From the NCBI GenBank assembly GCA_018363825.1, contig JAGZNE010000001.1:6620-70619 (forward strand): a stretch of DNA of 64,000 nucleotides, in the 5' to 3' direction. The position numbers and the translations under genes are program-made. The stretch comes from Atopobium sp. Lineage in GTDB: Bacteria; Actinomycetota; Coriobacteriia; Coriobacteriales; Atopobiaceae. The notes under the pieces are model-generated. The model was not told where the DNA came from. It ran no database searches and saw nothing but the letters and a program-made list of their open reading frames with translations. Position 1 is the stretch's first letter, and the number at the start of each line of letters is the position of its first letter. Shown here piece after piece: positions 50,356 to 60,807 of the stretch.

Positions 50356-51414
50356 TGACGCGCTGTCATCCTGCGCTTCGATGCCGTTATTTTTGCCTGT
50401 CGCAGCATCTTGCGTCGCGGCTTCTTGCGTCGCAGCTGATTGCGTCGCGGTTCTCTGCACAACATCCGCCCCATGCTCGCCCAGACGACGAAACATAATC
50501 GAAAGCGCGGCGTCAGAAAGCTCATCAACATTTTGCTCAATCGAAGTCAACGCCGGCTCAAATAGTGCGTCTGAAATGCTGTTATCGTACCCGACAACGG
50601 AATAGTCGCGCGGAACATGCAAGCCGCGCTCGTACAGATAGCGCAACAGTCCAAGCGCAATGTTGTCCGACGTTGCAACAACAGCCGTAGCGTTCACGCG
50701 AATCAGCTGCTGAGCTGCAAGATACGCATCAGGAATGTAATAATCGCTGGTCAGCACAAGCGACTGATCTAGCTCCAGGCCCTTCTCGCCAAGTGCGCGA
50801 ACGTAGCCGTTGAGACGCGCGCAGCCGGTGTTGGATGCGGTGTTGACCATGCACGCAATCCGGCGATGACCGTGGTCTAGCAGGTATTTTGTGGCCAGAT
50901 AGCCGCCGAGCTCGTTGTTGAACGTGACTTTGTCGCAGTCGAGCGCGTCGATGGTTCGGTCCACCATGACGTACGGCACGGGCAGCTGCTCCAGGTCGGC
51001 GATGAGCTGCTTCGAAGCTTCTACCTCGTCGGACGTGATGATAAAGATGCCGTCTGCGCCGCGATTAACCAGCAGGCGCACAAGGTCCGCATCGTTTGAC
51101 GTGCTGTTATCCGAGTTGGTAATGAACAGCGCGTACCCGCGGCGTCGGCACTTCATCTCCAACATCTTTGCAAACGACGAGAAAAACCGGCTCTCGATAT
51201 TCGGCACGATCAGCCCCAGCGTCTGCGTATGCTGCGTGACCAGGCTTCTTGCGATCTGGTTGGGAATGTAGTGCTCGCGTCGGGCAACGTCGAGGATGCG
51301 ACGGCGGTTCTCGTCACTCACGCGCACCGGCCGACCGTTCAGCACCAGCGAAACCGTGGCGGGCGACAGCCCCACCTCGCGCGCAATCGTTTTTAGGGTG
51401 ACTTTTTCTGCCAC
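50293..51414 (-). CDS. LacI family transcriptional regulator
   Basis: N-terminal HTH (VTLKTIAREVGLSPATVSLVLNG) plus a periplasmic-binding-fold sugar domain. The GTG start at 51414 has a cgagg RBS. The last ~20 codons and the stop are encoded by the repeat extension. Confidence 0.8.
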   Translation of the reverse strand: MAEKVTLKTIAREVGLSPATVSLVLNGRPVRVSDENRRRILDVARREHYIPNQIARSLVTQHTQTLGLIVPNIESRFFSSFAKMLEMKCRRRGYALFITNSDNSTSNDADLVRLLVNRGADGIFIITSDEVEASKQLIADLEQLPVPYVMVDRTIDALDCDKVTFNNELGGYLATKYLLDHGHRRIACMVNTASNTGCARLNGYVRALGEKGLELDQSLVLTSDYYIPDAYLAAQQLIRVNATAVVATSDNIALGLLRYLYERGLHVPRDYSVVGYDNSISDALFEPALTSIEQNVDELSDAALSIMFRRLGEHGADVVQRTATQSAATQEAATQDAATGKNNGIEAQDDSASIQIILEPRMIEKNSVRLLGC

Positions 51415-51603
51415 GTTACCTCGCAACTTGCCCCGTTTATCGTTGTTGCTTAAGTATAATAGTCGAGAAACCCCTGCGGCTGGTCGTCCGCCAAAAGCCA
51501 GACGTTGTCTCCACACGACAACCGCACCTGGACCCCGACACCGCACGCAAGCTGCACCTGCGCCCCGGCGCTCGCACGACAACCGCATTCCGAGAGGACG
51601 CGC

Positions 51604-52968
51604 ATGAACATTACTCCACAGGAAATCGCCGAAACCCTCGCCATGGTCAGCGAGCAAAACCTTGACCTGCGTACCATTACCATGGGTATCTCGCTCAATA
51701 GCTGCGCAGACGAGGACCTGGATCGCATGTGCCAGAAGGTCTACGACCGCATCACGCGCCAAGCCGAGCACCTGGTGTCCGTGGCTGAGGACCTGGAGCG
51801 CGAGTACGGCATCCCCATTGCCAACAAGCGCGTCTCCGTCACGCCAATCGCGCAGATTGCAGCATGTACCTCGGCGCAAGACCTGACCCCGCTGGCCCAC
51901 ACACTGGACCGCGCGGCCGAGACACTGGGCATCGACTTTTTGGGCGGCTTCTCGGCACTGGTCCACAAGGGCCTTGGCGACGCCGACCGCCGACTCATCG
52001 CATCTATCCCCGAGGCGCTGGCCACCACATCGCGCGTCTGTTCCTCGGTAAACGTCGCGTCCACGCGCGCGGGCATCAACATGGACGCCGTCCTGCTCAT
52101 GGCCCAGACCGTGCTCGAGGCCGCTCGCCGCACCACCGACATTCAGTGCTACGGTGCCGCTAAGCTGGTCGTTTTTGCCAACATGGTGGAGGACTCCCCC
52201 TTCATGGCCGGTGCGGTCCACGGCAGTGGAGAGGCAGACGCCGTCATTAACGTGGGCGTTTCCGGTCCTGGCGTCATGGCCGCAGCCCTCGCCGAGCTCC
52301 CCGACTCCGCAAATCTCATGGACGTTGCCGAGAAGATCAAGCAGACTGCATTCAAGATTACCCGCGCGGGCGAGCTGATGAGCCGCGAGGCTTCAAGGCG
52401 CCTGGGTGTCGAGAAGGGCATCGTAGACCTGAGTCTTGCGCCTACCCCAGCAGCTGGCGATTCCGTCGCTAAGATTCTGGAGCTCATCGGCGTCGGCGAA
52501 TGCGGTGGCCCTGGAACTACCTGCGCGCTTGCCCTGCTCAACGATGCTGTCAAAAAGGGCGGCGTCATGGCGTCGTCCAGCGTTGGCGGCCTGTCTGGCG
52601 CGTTCATCCCGGTCTCCGAAGATGCGGGCATGATTCGCGCAGCTCAAGACGGCGCGCTTTCTCTCGAGAAACTCGAGGCAATGACGTCAGTCTGCTCTGT
52701 TGGCCTGGACATGATTGCCATTCCTGGCGATTCCACTGTGGAGACCATCGCGGGCATCATCGCAGATGAGATGGCCATTGGTGTCATCAACACCAAGACC
52801 ACAGCGGTCCGCGTTATCCCAGCTATTGGTTACAACGAGGGAGACGTCCTGGAGTTTGGTGGCCTCTTTGGATCCGCACCAATTATGCCGGTCAACCAGT
52901 TTGCGGGCACGGTGCTTGCACACCGTGGCGGTCGCTTCCCCGCTCCACTCAATTCGCTCAAGAACTAG
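51604..52968 (+). CDS. UPF0210 (DUF711) family protein
   Basis: ~455 aa with the N-terminus typical of UPF0210 ([12 protein letters not shown]...[11 protein letters not shown]); RBS gagagga. Confidence 0.7.
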   Translation: MNITPQEIAETLAMVSEQNLDLRTITMGISLNSCADEDLDRMCQKVYDRITRQAEHLVSVAEDLEREYGIPIANKRVSVTPIAQIAACTSAQDLTPLAHTLDRAAETLGIDFLGGFSALVHKGLGDADRRLIASIPEALATTSRVCSSVNVASTRAGINMDAVLLMAQTVLEAARRTTDIQCYGAAKLVVFANMVEDSPFMAGAVHGSGEADAVINVGVSGPGVMAAALAELPDSANLMDVAEKIKQTAFKITRAGELMSREASRRLGVEKGIVDLSLAPTPAAGDSVAKILELIGVGECGGPGTTCALALLNDAVKKGGVMASSSVGGLSGAFIPVSEDAGMIRAAQDGALSLEKLEAMTSVCSVGLDMIAIPGDSTVETIAGIIADEMAIGVINTKTTAVRVIPAIGYNEGDVLEFGGLFGSAPIMPVNQFAGTVLAHRGGRFPAPLNSLKN

Positions 52969-52972
52969 CAAG

Positions 52973-53000
52973 AGAGCCTCCACATCGGAGGCTCTTTTTA
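52973..53000 (+). terminator. Rho-independent terminator after the UPF0210 gene
   Basis: Stem agagcctcc / ggaggctct, followed by TTTTT. Confidence 0.65.
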
Positions 53001-53025
53001 GTTGCATGTTTTATGCGCTTGCGAC

Positions 53026-54222
53026 TCAGTGCTCGCCATGGTCGTGCTCGTGGCCGACGCTGTGCACGTGACCCTCGTGCTCGTGCGTGTGCTCACCGTG
53101 CGCGTGCTCGCCGTGGTCGTGCCCGTGCTCGTGGTGCTCGTGTCCCTCGTGGTCGTGGCCGTGCGCGTGATGCTCGTGTCCCTCGTGGTCGTGCTCGTGG
53201 CCCTCATGCTCGCAATGTCCATGCTCGTGGTCGCAGTGCTCATGCACGCAATGACCGTGCTCGTGGTCGCAGTGCGAGTGATCGTGCTCGTCAGCCAAGT
53301 CCGACTGCTCATGCCAGAACGCCGGCACAAACACCTCACGAAGTCCATGACGCAGCAGGTCGCGGCCGATAAACACGCACCTGGACTCTTCCTGAGGTTC
53401 GTCACCCGTAATCGCCCATGCGCGCTCTACCAGGTCAAACTTGACCCACTGATTACCACAAGGCAGCGTACCCTTTGCGCGAGCAAGCTTTCCAAAAACG
53501 CCAGCCGACGCTGCGTCCAAAAGCCAAATCAAGTGCGTTGGACTTGGAAGCTCTGCGTGAGTCAGCGCCATAGTCTCCAAGTCTGGACCTTCGTCCTCAT
53601 CACCAGCTGCATCTTTAAGAACAGAACCGTCAAGCGCGCGAGTCAGAAGACCATTCCACCACTCATCAGGAATATCAGCATATGAAGACTCCGCGATAAT
53701 CTCTGCCTGCGGATTCATCTCTGCTGCAAGCTGCTTAATAGGCTCAGCAGCATCCTCACTACCTGGAGCCAATTTAGAAACCACAACGCTCGCAGCGGCG
53801 CTCAGCTGATTATCAAAAATCTCTGGGAAATCGGTGCGCTGATTCTGCCACGAAACGGCGTCAACCACGGTAACCGGCGCCAGCAAACTAATGCGTTCCC
53901 AGGCTACCTGATTCACGTTATCAAGAATGCTCTGCAGCTTAGCCACGCCAGTTGGTTCAACAATTAAATACTCGGGGTCGATAGTGTTTGAAATGGTCAG
54001 CACCGACGTCGCAAAATCCTGCTTGCCCGAACAGCAAATGCAATTCTCGGTAGACTCCCAAACCTTGAGGTCGGAGTCCTGCCTCAGACGGCGCGCATCG
54101 ATGTCTGCCTGGCCATATTCATTCTCGTAGATAGCAAAATCACGCCCAGTCCGGCGCACGAGCTCCTGAATGAAGGTGGTTTTACCAGCTCCAAGAAAGC
54201 CTGATACAACAAGGATTTTCAT
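53026..54222 (-). CDS. COG0523 (CobW/YciC/ZigA-type) G3E GTPase metallochaperone with a ~100-aa His-rich C-terminal tail
   Basis: GFLGAGKTT P-loop and the CICC metal-binding motif. The C-terminus has HEH/HDH repeats, and the DNA is internally repetitive over 53026-53330. Confidence 0.85.
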   Translation of the reverse strand: MKILVVSGFLGAGKTTFIQELVRRTGRDFAIYENEYGQADIDARRLRQDSDLKVWESTENCICCSGKQDFATSVLTISNTIDPEYLIVEPTGVAKLQSILDNVNQVAWERISLLAPVTVVDAVSWQNQRTDFPEIFDNQLSAAASVVVSKLAPGSEDAAEPIKQLAAEMNPQAEIIAESSYADIPDEWWNGLLTRALDGSVLKDAAGDEDEGPDLETMALTHAELPSPTHLIWLLDAASAGVFGKLARAKGTLPCGNQWVKFDLVERAWAITGDEPQEESRCVFIGRDLLRHGLREVFVPAFWHEQSDLADEHDHSHCDHEHGHCVHEHCDHEHGHCEHEGHEHDHEGHEHHAHGHDHEGHEHHEHGHDHGEHAHGEHTHEHEGHVHSVGHEHDHGEH

Positions 54223-54261
54223 GAATACAACCGCTTCCTAAACTCCGTTGGCGCTCACCAG

Positions 54262-54299
54262 CGCAAAAAGCTGGCGAGAAAAACGAACTTCTCGCCAGC
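54262..54299 (-). terminator. Rho-independent terminator after the alcohol dehydrogenase gene (minus strand)
   Basis: 10-bp stem gctggcgagaa / ttctcgccagc, followed by TTTTT on the minus strand. Confidence 0.65.
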
Positions 54300-54334
54300 C
54301 TAAACGTACTAAATCACGCGACCTAGTTGATTAC

Positions 54335-55393
54335 CTAGTCGATAACAACAACTGGCTTGATGAGGTCGGATGGCTTATCACGCATGGTGAAGAGAGCCTC
54401 CTCGAGGTGATCCCAGCCGTGGTAGAGGTGGGTAACCTCTGGGTGAAGGTCCAGACGGCCAGAAGTGACCAGGCTGGAGAGCTTCTCCATGCGCAGACGG
54501 CCGCCAGGCATGAGGCCGCCACGGATGTCCTTGTGGCCCATACCAACGCCCCACTCGACGCGAGGAATGTTGACGTAGTCGCCGGAGCCCAGGTAGTTGA
54601 CGTTACCAATCTTTCCGCCAGGCTTGAGTGCCTTGACAGCGTCCTCGAAGGTCTCGCAGCCGCCGCCGTCGACGCAGACGCGGTCAACGCCCTTGCCGCC
54701 GGTGAGCTCCATGACCTGCTCCCAGATTGGGCCGTCCTTGTAGGAGATGAAGTCGGTTGCGCCGTAGCCCTTAGCTGCCTCAACGCAGACTGGACGGGTA
54801 CCAACAGCGATGATGCGAGAAGCACCGTGGAGTGCAGCACCAGCAACGGACATAAGACCGACAGGTCCAATGCCGATGACCAGGACGGTGTCGCCGAACT
54901 CAACGCCAGCCAGCTCAACTGCGTGGAAGCCGGTTGGAACCATGTCGGAAAGGATGCAGGCGTCTGCTGGATCCATGCCCTCTGGCATGTGAGCGAGGTT
55001 GCCGTCAGCGTCGTTTACGTGGAAGTACTCGGAGAAGACGCCGTCCTTGAAGTTGGAGAACTTCCAGCCAGCCAGCATGCCACCGGAGTGCATGGAGTAG
55101 CCAGCCTGTGCCTCAAGGGAGTTCCAGTCTGGAGTAATTGCAGGAACGAGGACGCGGTCGCCAGGCTTGAAGTCCTTGACGAGCTCGCCGACCTCGACAA
55201 CCTCTGCGGAGCACTCATGACCAAGAATCATGTTGTGGCGGTCGCCAATTGCGCCCTCCCACAGAGTGTGAATGTCAGATGTACAAATTGCGACCGCAAG
55301 TGGCTTGCAGATTGCGTCCAGAGGACCACACTTTGGTGTCTCCTTCTCAATCCAGCCGGACTCGCCGATCTTGAGCATTGCATAACCCTTCAT
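54335..55393 (-). CDS. adh: NADP-dependent Zn-containing secondary-alcohol dehydrogenase (TbADH/CbADH-like medium-chain dehydrogenase)
   Basis: 352 aa with catalytic zinc ligands (C37, H59, D150 pattern) and a GIGPVG Rossmann motif. High similarity to the Thermoanaerobacter/Clostridium secondary ADH family as recalled. Confidence 0.9.
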   Translation of the reverse strand: MKGYAMLKIGESGWIEKETPKCGPLDAICKPLAVAICTSDIHTLWEGAIGDRHNMILGHECSAEVVEVGELVKDFKPGDRVLVPAITPDWNSLEAQAGYSMHSGGMLAGWKFSNFKDGVFSEYFHVNDADGNLAHMPEGMDPADACILSDMVPTGFHAVELAGVEFGDTVLVIGIGPVGLMSVAGAALHGASRIIAVGTRPVCVEAAKGYGATDFISYKDGPIWEQVMELTGGKGVDRVCVDGGGCETFEDAVKALKPGGKIGNVNYLGSGDYVNIPRVEWGVGMGHKDIRGGLMPGGRLRMEKLSSLVTSGRLDLHPEVTHLYHGWDHLEEALFTMRDKPSDLIKPVVVID

Positions 55394-55952
55394 AAAACCC
55401 TCCTAAAATCTGTGTTTCTGCAGTTGAAACACTACCTACCTCGTGGAGGAGCACGCCTTTTGCGTGACACTGACGAGGCTTATAAACGTTTTTGCGAAAG
55501 CTCGCTGCTTTGTTGCAGCCACAATTGGGTCCTCTCCACAACAAAACTGCGAACACTCGCGAAGTACATTTTCAAGCACTTTTTTACGTAAATCTAGAAC
55601 GAAACCGTGAAAGGTTGAGCAGACTTTCATGAATTTTAGGCTGGCGAGAAATGCGGTTTACAAATATCCGATATTTGCGCACGTAGACAATGTGTACGCT
55701 AACATACCGCTCGCCAAACCTCCGACCGACGAGAAACAACGCTTATCGGCGAACGGTAACCGTTCACCGAATCAAAAGGGCAGATGTCCACTTTTCTGTT
55801 GTAAGCAAACGATGCCGAGTGGTATAAGTCGGCGCTTTGTGATGAAACAACGAATTAAAATTCAGCTTCTTAAGCTGATTGTTATAATTCTAGTAAATGG
55901 GTTTCTCGCCAACTGGTGACTGAAAAAACTCAGTTCTTATGAAGGAGACTGA

Positions 55953-57119
55953 ATGATTCTTGATAGCATACTTAGGGATTTCGGAGTTCACCTTGACTGG
56001 CAATATGTGCTCTCATACACACTCTTACTAGCTCCAGCTGTTGTTCCAGGTGTGCTGTTTATTTACTCTTTTATCAAAGAACCTCGTCAATTCAGAAATG
56101 CGCTTTTTCTATTTGCAGCCCTTACATGGACCTCTGTTCTTTTAGTTTTTAAGCTTAATAGCTATATTCTAGGATTAGTTTTAGTTATCATAGTAGTTGC
56201 AACACCGTTTTTGACCATAGGTTTTCTACTTATTAATACGATAATTGTGGTAAAAAATAACGGATTTTCGCTGACTTCAATGCTGCCATTTTTGATGGCC
56301 GGATTTATCGTTTTACTGCTTTGTGCCCCATCACTTCTAAATTCTTTTGATCCAGATTCTCGCCACATTGTTGTTTTCTTGCTTGGACTCTTTACACTCG
56401 AAGGTATGTGGTTCTCATTTACCTTTGTGTCTTTGCTGTTCTACTCGTGGATTTATCGAATTCTTCCCCGCCGACGCAAATACGATTACATCATTATTCA
56501 CGGCGCCGGGCTTGATGGCACGCGACCAACTCCGCTGCTCGCAGGAAGGATTGATAAGGCACTTGAACTGTGGAACAAGCAGCATCAGCAAGGAAAGTTT
56601 GTTGCTTCTGGCGGTCAGGGTGCTGACGAAGTAGTCTCCGAAGCTCAGGCCATGCGGGACTATCTTCTGGAGAAGGGTGTTCCGGCCGACGCGATTCTCA
56701 TGGAAGACAAGTCGACCACTACCTGGGAAAACTTGAAGAACTCGATAGCCGTAATCCGCACCGACCATACCTCTGCCGCAAGCAATGACGCTGCGAGCGG
56801 CAGCTCGTCAGCAAGCAACGGTACTGCGGCAAGCGGCGACGTGACGGCAAGCGACAGCACGGGAGCCTGCGGCGACTTCACCACAGCAGTTGTAAGCAGC
56901 GACTTTCACGTTTTCAGGTGCGCCGAATACGCCCACAACCTGGGCATCAAGGCAGACGGCATCGGCTCGCACACCAAAGGTTGGTACTGGCCCACGGCGT
57001 TCATTCGCGAGTTTATCGCAATCACCAAAGCACACCTCTGGCCCTACCTGGTCATTGGCGGCATATACACGCTGATCAACGCGCTCAACTATGCGTTCTT
57101 CTACCTGGGAATTGTGTAA
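55953..57119 (+). CDS. Membrane protein with a C-terminal DUF218 (ElyC/SanA/YdcF-like) domain
   Basis: Multi-TM N-terminus, then a DUF218 core (IIIHGAG...SGGQG...TTWENL). A Ser/Ala-rich low-complexity insert is present. Confidence 0.6.
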   Translation: MILDSILRDFGVHLDWQYVLSYTLLLAPAVVPGVLFIYSFIKEPRQFRNALFLFAALTWTSVLLVFKLNSYILGLVLVIIVVATPFLTIGFLLINTIIVVKNNGFSLTSMLPFLMAGFIVLLLCAPSLLNSFDPDSRHIVVFLLGLFTLEGMWFSFTFVSLLFYSWIYRILPRRRKYDYIIIHGAGLDGTRPTPLLAGRIDKALELWNKQHQQGKFVASGGQGADEVVSEAQAMRDYLLEKGVPADAILMEDKSTTTWENLKNSIAVIRTDHTSAASNDAASGSSSASNGTAASGDVTASDSTGACGDFTTAVVSSDFHVFRCAEYAHNLGIKADGIGSHTKGWYWPTAFIREFIAITKAHLWPYLVIGGIYTLINALNYAFFYLGIV

Positions 57120-57177
57120 CTGCAGAGCATGGCGCCCAAGGTGTAACTGGAAGATTTTTACTCCTGGCTACAACGTG

Positions 57178-57293
57178 CCTGATTTCTGCAAAGAATCTGT
57201 AGATTTTGCCTAAAAGCATCAAAGAATCTGTGGATTTGCCTGATTTTGTTAAAGAATCGGTGGCTCAAATACAGATTCTTTGCACTTTTTAGG
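57178..57293. repeat. Intergenic repeat family R2, copy c (reverse-complement orientation)
   Basis: The reverse complement matches 17439-17555 almost base for base. Confidence 0.6.
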
Positions 57294-57623
57294 CGGACTT
57301 TGAAGCGTACCCAAAGTTGGTTTCGCAAGCCCTTTCATGAACGCTCGCGCGGAGCCTGATTTTCTCGCTAAGTCTGTACGATTTTCCGGAAAAGTGCACC
57401 AAGTCTGAGTTATTTGCCGGTTTTTCTCGCCATGTCTGAGCTGTTTTACTCAGACTTCATGCACTTTCCAGGCTCGTAATTCCAAGACACCGACGAAATC
57501 CGTAGTTTCAGCCCGCCGATGGAGCCACGACTCATCGCAGAAACCATGTGTTATCTGCGCTGGTACAAGCTAGAGCTGCAAAACCGTATATACTCGAATG
57601 AAACGTTATCTGGCGAGAAACCC

Positions 57624-59987
57624 ATGGGCTCGGAACCCTCGCGGACTCGCTGCGCGCTGCTCACCGCGAGCCCGGCGCTCGCTGCACAGTCGCCGCTCGC
57701 CGCTGCCACCTACGACCAGAAAGGAAGCCTGGTGGAGACATTTCAGTTTGTGCTCATCGTCTTGACCTGCGTCGCGGCTTCCTCGGTAATCGACAAGTTT
57801 GTGGACGTCTCCATCCCCGTAATCCAGGTGGTCATCGGTCTGCTGGTCGCGCTCATTTTGCCCAGCGTCCAGGAGGTGCACCTGGAATCTGAGCTCTTTA
57901 TGCTGGTCTTCATTGCTCCGCTCCTCTTCAACGAGACGAGAGAAACCAACATTCGTGCACTTCTCCTTAACCTAAACAGCATTTTGTCGCTGGCGATTGC
58001 GCTGGTAATTGTCAGCGTGCTTTCGGTCGGCTACGCCCTCCATCTGATGGTCCCGTCAATCCCTCTAGCTGCGGCTTTTGCGCTTGCCTCAGCCCTGGGG
58101 CCAACCGATGCGGCAACCGTCACCGCACTTAAGTCCAACATCCACCTGACCCATCGCCAGCAGACGCTTCTCTCCGGAGAGTCCCTGATCAACGACGCGT
58201 CCGGTGTTGTTGCATTCCAGTTTTCCGTTGCGGCAGCGGTTACGGGCGCGTTCTCGCTGGTAGATGCCGCGGGATCGTTTGCAGTGCTCTTTGTGGGCGG
58301 CATAGCCATGGGTGTTGTCACGGGCTTTGCGTTTTCTGCCGTAAACGCCATGCTTGGCAGGTTGGGCTACGAGGACACCGTCGCAAACGTGCTGTACGAG
58401 GTACTCACGCCGTTCCTTGTCTATCTTCTTGCCGAAACCTTCCACGTTTCTGGCGTTTTGGCTGTTGTTGCGGCGGGTTTGGTGATTGCCCTTCCTCGTA
58501 GGCAGAACAATAAAGCGCTGTTCGCACGGCAAAAACTGGTCTCGGATTCTACGTGGAAAGTCATCAGCTTCCTCATCAACGGCACGCTTTTTGTGTTCTT
58601 GGGAATGGAGCTTCCGCTGGCCGTACTTCCGGGCACGAACGGCGGCCTGAACATCCTGCAAATTTTGGGCATCGTGGTCGCAATTACCCTGTTCATGCAC
58701 ACAGTTCGCTTCGCGTGGCTCTACGCACTGGAAACCCGCAAGCTCCACAAGGGCGGCCGACTTTGCACCGGCAAAGACGACATGGATGACGAGAATGACT
58801 CTGCAGGTAGCGGCCTTGCCGACGGCGAGAAACCCGACGAGCAGCTCAAACCCATGTGCGCCATAAAGCCCATCTCCATCACGTCGGCCGAGCTCGTCAA
58901 GAACGTGCTGGTCACCACCATTGCAGGCGCAAAAGGCGCGGTAACGTTGTCGATCATCCTCACCCTGCCGATGATGACCCAGTCTGGAGCAGTGTTTCCG
59001 CAGAGGGATCTGCTAATCACTATCGCCGCCGGCGTTATTCTTGCCACGTTGCTCTTGGCGGACAATCTGTTGCCAGTGCTGTCCAAGTCCCCTGATGCAG
59101 ACTCTGACCTGCCCGAACGTCTCCACAAGGGAGAGATTGCCATTCTTGAGGCAACCCTTGCCGAGCTCAGGAGCATGCTGCAGTCAGAGAACGCCATATC
59201 AAAGTATCTACCTGCGCTTCGTTTGACTATCACGCGCTACACCAACCGACTGTTTGCCGCTCGCATCACCGCGCCTGACTCGGGCAAGCTGGTCAAAGAG
59301 CTGGTGCTTCACGAGACAGATGTCCAGCAGAAACGCCTCGAGGAACTTCGCGAGCGTCACATTAAGACCAACAACCCCATTCCATGGGACCAAATTGTTG
59401 ACGACATTACTTCAATCCGCAGGTCAGTGGGCTACCACGGGTCCGTTGCAAATATTGCCGCAAAAACAAACCACCGCTCGCGAATTGCCGTGGGTCTCCA
59501 CGAGCTCAAACTAGCAGCTCAGCGCATCATCGACGGCGGAATCAGGCACCTGGAAGACGCCGATCAGTCCTACTACCAGGCGTGCCTTTACGCGCTTGAG
59601 ATGGAGTACGCGGAGCTCGATGACCTGGAGCGCATTGCAAACGGCGACGATGAAGAGCTAGCGGTCATCACATCTAACCTGATGATTGACCACGAGTCGG
59701 CAATCGAGTCAATTTGGAGCCGCATCAACATCAACGATGAGCACGGCTCCAGCACTACACAGCTCTCCTACCTGCTGCCTTACAACCTGAGCTCGCACAA
59801 GATGTCGCCACACTTTAGACAGCAGATCGCGGACGCTCGCAAATACGCCGATGACGTGGCCGAAAACGCGCTCCGCATTGAGCTGGACCAGATTTCTCGC
59901 CTGCAGTTCGAGGGCGTTATCGACCGCGAAGTTGCCTCTCACCTGCGCGAAAACGTCTACTACCTGCAGATGGCTCTAGGCGAGTAG
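57624..59987 (+). CDS. CPA1-family Na+(K+)/H+ antiporter (NhaP-type) with a long cytoplasmic C-terminal domain
   Basis: The GESLINDASGVV exchanger motif sits in a 10-12 TM core. The start is uncertain and is taken at ATG 57624. Confidence 0.75.
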   Translation: MGSEPSRTRCALLTASPALAAQSPLAAATYDQKGSLVETFQFVLIVLTCVAASSVIDKFVDVSIPVIQVVIGLLVALILPSVQEVHLESELFMLVFIAPLLFNETRETNIRALLLNLNSILSLAIALVIVSVLSVGYALHLMVPSIPLAAAFALASALGPTDAATVTALKSNIHLTHRQQTLLSGESLINDASGVVAFQFSVAAAVTGAFSLVDAAGSFAVLFVGGIAMGVVTGFAFSAVNAMLGRLGYEDTVANVLYEVLTPFLVYLLAETFHVSGVLAVVAAGLVIALPRRQNNKALFARQKLVSDSTWKVISFLINGTLFVFLGMELPLAVLPGTNGGLNILQILGIVVAITLFMHTVRFAWLYALETRKLHKGGRLCTGKDDMDDENDSAGSGLADGEKPDEQLKPMCAIKPISITSAELVKNVLVTTIAGAKGAVTLSIILTLPMMTQSGAVFPQRDLLITIAAGVILATLLLADNLLPVLSKSPDADSDLPERLHKGEIAILEATLAELRSMLQSENAISKYLPALRLTITRYTNRLFAARITAPDSGKLVKELVLHETDVQQKRLEELRERHIKTNNPIPWDQIVDDITSIRRSVGYHGSVANIAAKTNHRSRIAVGLHELKLAAQRIIDGGIRHLEDADQSYYQACLYALEMEYAELDDLERIANGDDEELAVITSNLMIDHESAIESIWSRININDEHGSSTTQLSYLLPYNLSSHKMSPHFRQQIADARKYADDVAENALRIELDQISRLQFEGVIDREVASHLRENVYYLQMALGE

Positions 59988-59988
59988 T

Positions 59989-60768
59989 ATGAGCACCGCA
60001 CCAGACACACGACCCGACGCCGCCGGAGCCTCGCATCCCGACAACCCCATGGCGAGAAAAACGATCATCTCCGGACTTTCTATCTACACACAGATGTCCT
60101 CTGTAGCTGGAGCGCCTGTTGTCTACCTCTTGGGAGACATGGCCGACAACTCCCCCGTTCAGGTACCGGTAGGCGTCAGCCTAGTGCACATTGGCGTTGA
60201 CCTGTGGGAAGAGAACTTCTCGCCCTGGTGTGCTCCGCGCGTTTTTGCTAAGGGACCCAACTTTGGTGATGGCGCCCAGAAAACGCTCGACACCCTCATC
60301 AACCATGTCATCCCCTGGACGGAGTCGGAGCTCACCGATCCGCCAACGTATAGGGTGCTTGTGGGATACTCACTTGCGGGCCTGTTCAGCCTCTGGGCCG
60401 GCGTGTCACAGCAGGTCGCACGCGGCTGCCAGCACGACGCCACCGCTCCGCACGTCGACGCCCCTGCTGCAACTTTCCAACGCATCGGAGCTGTCTCGGG
60501 ATCGTTCTGGTTCCCGGGCCTTCTGGACTACGTTGACCAGCAGCTCAGCGGAGGGGTGGTCGGCCTCACACACGCCTATCTTTCGCTGGGCGACCGAGAA
60601 GCACGAACCCCCAATCCACAGATAATGCACGTGCGAGAAAACGCCGAACTTCTCGCCAGCAAGCTAGAGAGTGTGGGAATAACCTCAACGTTTGAGCTGA
60701 ACCGCGGAAATCACTTCCAAAACGTTGAAGGAAGAATGCAGAAAGCCCTGGACTGGCTGGTCAAATAG
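59989..60768 (+). CDS. Esterase family protein (Fes/IroE-like), paralogue of the 43776..44462 gene
   Basis: GYSLAG nucleophile motif; overall similarity to the upstream esterase. Confidence 0.55.
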   Translation: MSTAPDTRPDAAGASHPDNPMARKTIISGLSIYTQMSSVAGAPVVYLLGDMADNSPVQVPVGVSLVHIGVDLWEENFSPWCAPRVFAKGPNFGDGAQKTLDTLINHVIPWTESELTDPPTYRVLVGYSLAGLFSLWAGVSQQVARGCQHDATAPHVDAPAATFQRIGAVSGSFWFPGLLDYVDQQLSGGVVGLTHAYLSLGDREARTPNPQIMHVRENAELLASKLESVGITSTFELNRGNHFQNVEGRMQKALDWLVK

Positions 60769-60807
60769 GGTAAGATTCTTCAGAACGCACGTGTCCAGAG
60801 AGGTTTT

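Noticed and set aside
51415-52221. N-terminal 270 aa of the 642-aa minus-strand ORF
   Set aside because: The LacI regulator begins at the GTG at 51414 (HTH at its N-terminus). The upstream extension overlaps the well-supported UPF0210 gene on the other strand.
53026-53330. Possible tandem repeat or CRISPR-like array
   Set aside because: The periodic cacgag/cacgac units are codons for His-Glu/His-Asp repeats inside a continuous ORF. There are no spacers or direct-repeat architecture.
53002-53685. Arg/Ala-rich and Val/Leu-rich plus-strand ORFs
   Set aside because: These are antisense translations of the repetitive His-rich tail coding tract of the CobW-type gene.
54248-55591. 447-aa plus-strand ORF
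   Set aside because: It is antisense to the Zn-ADH gene, with no recognisable domains.
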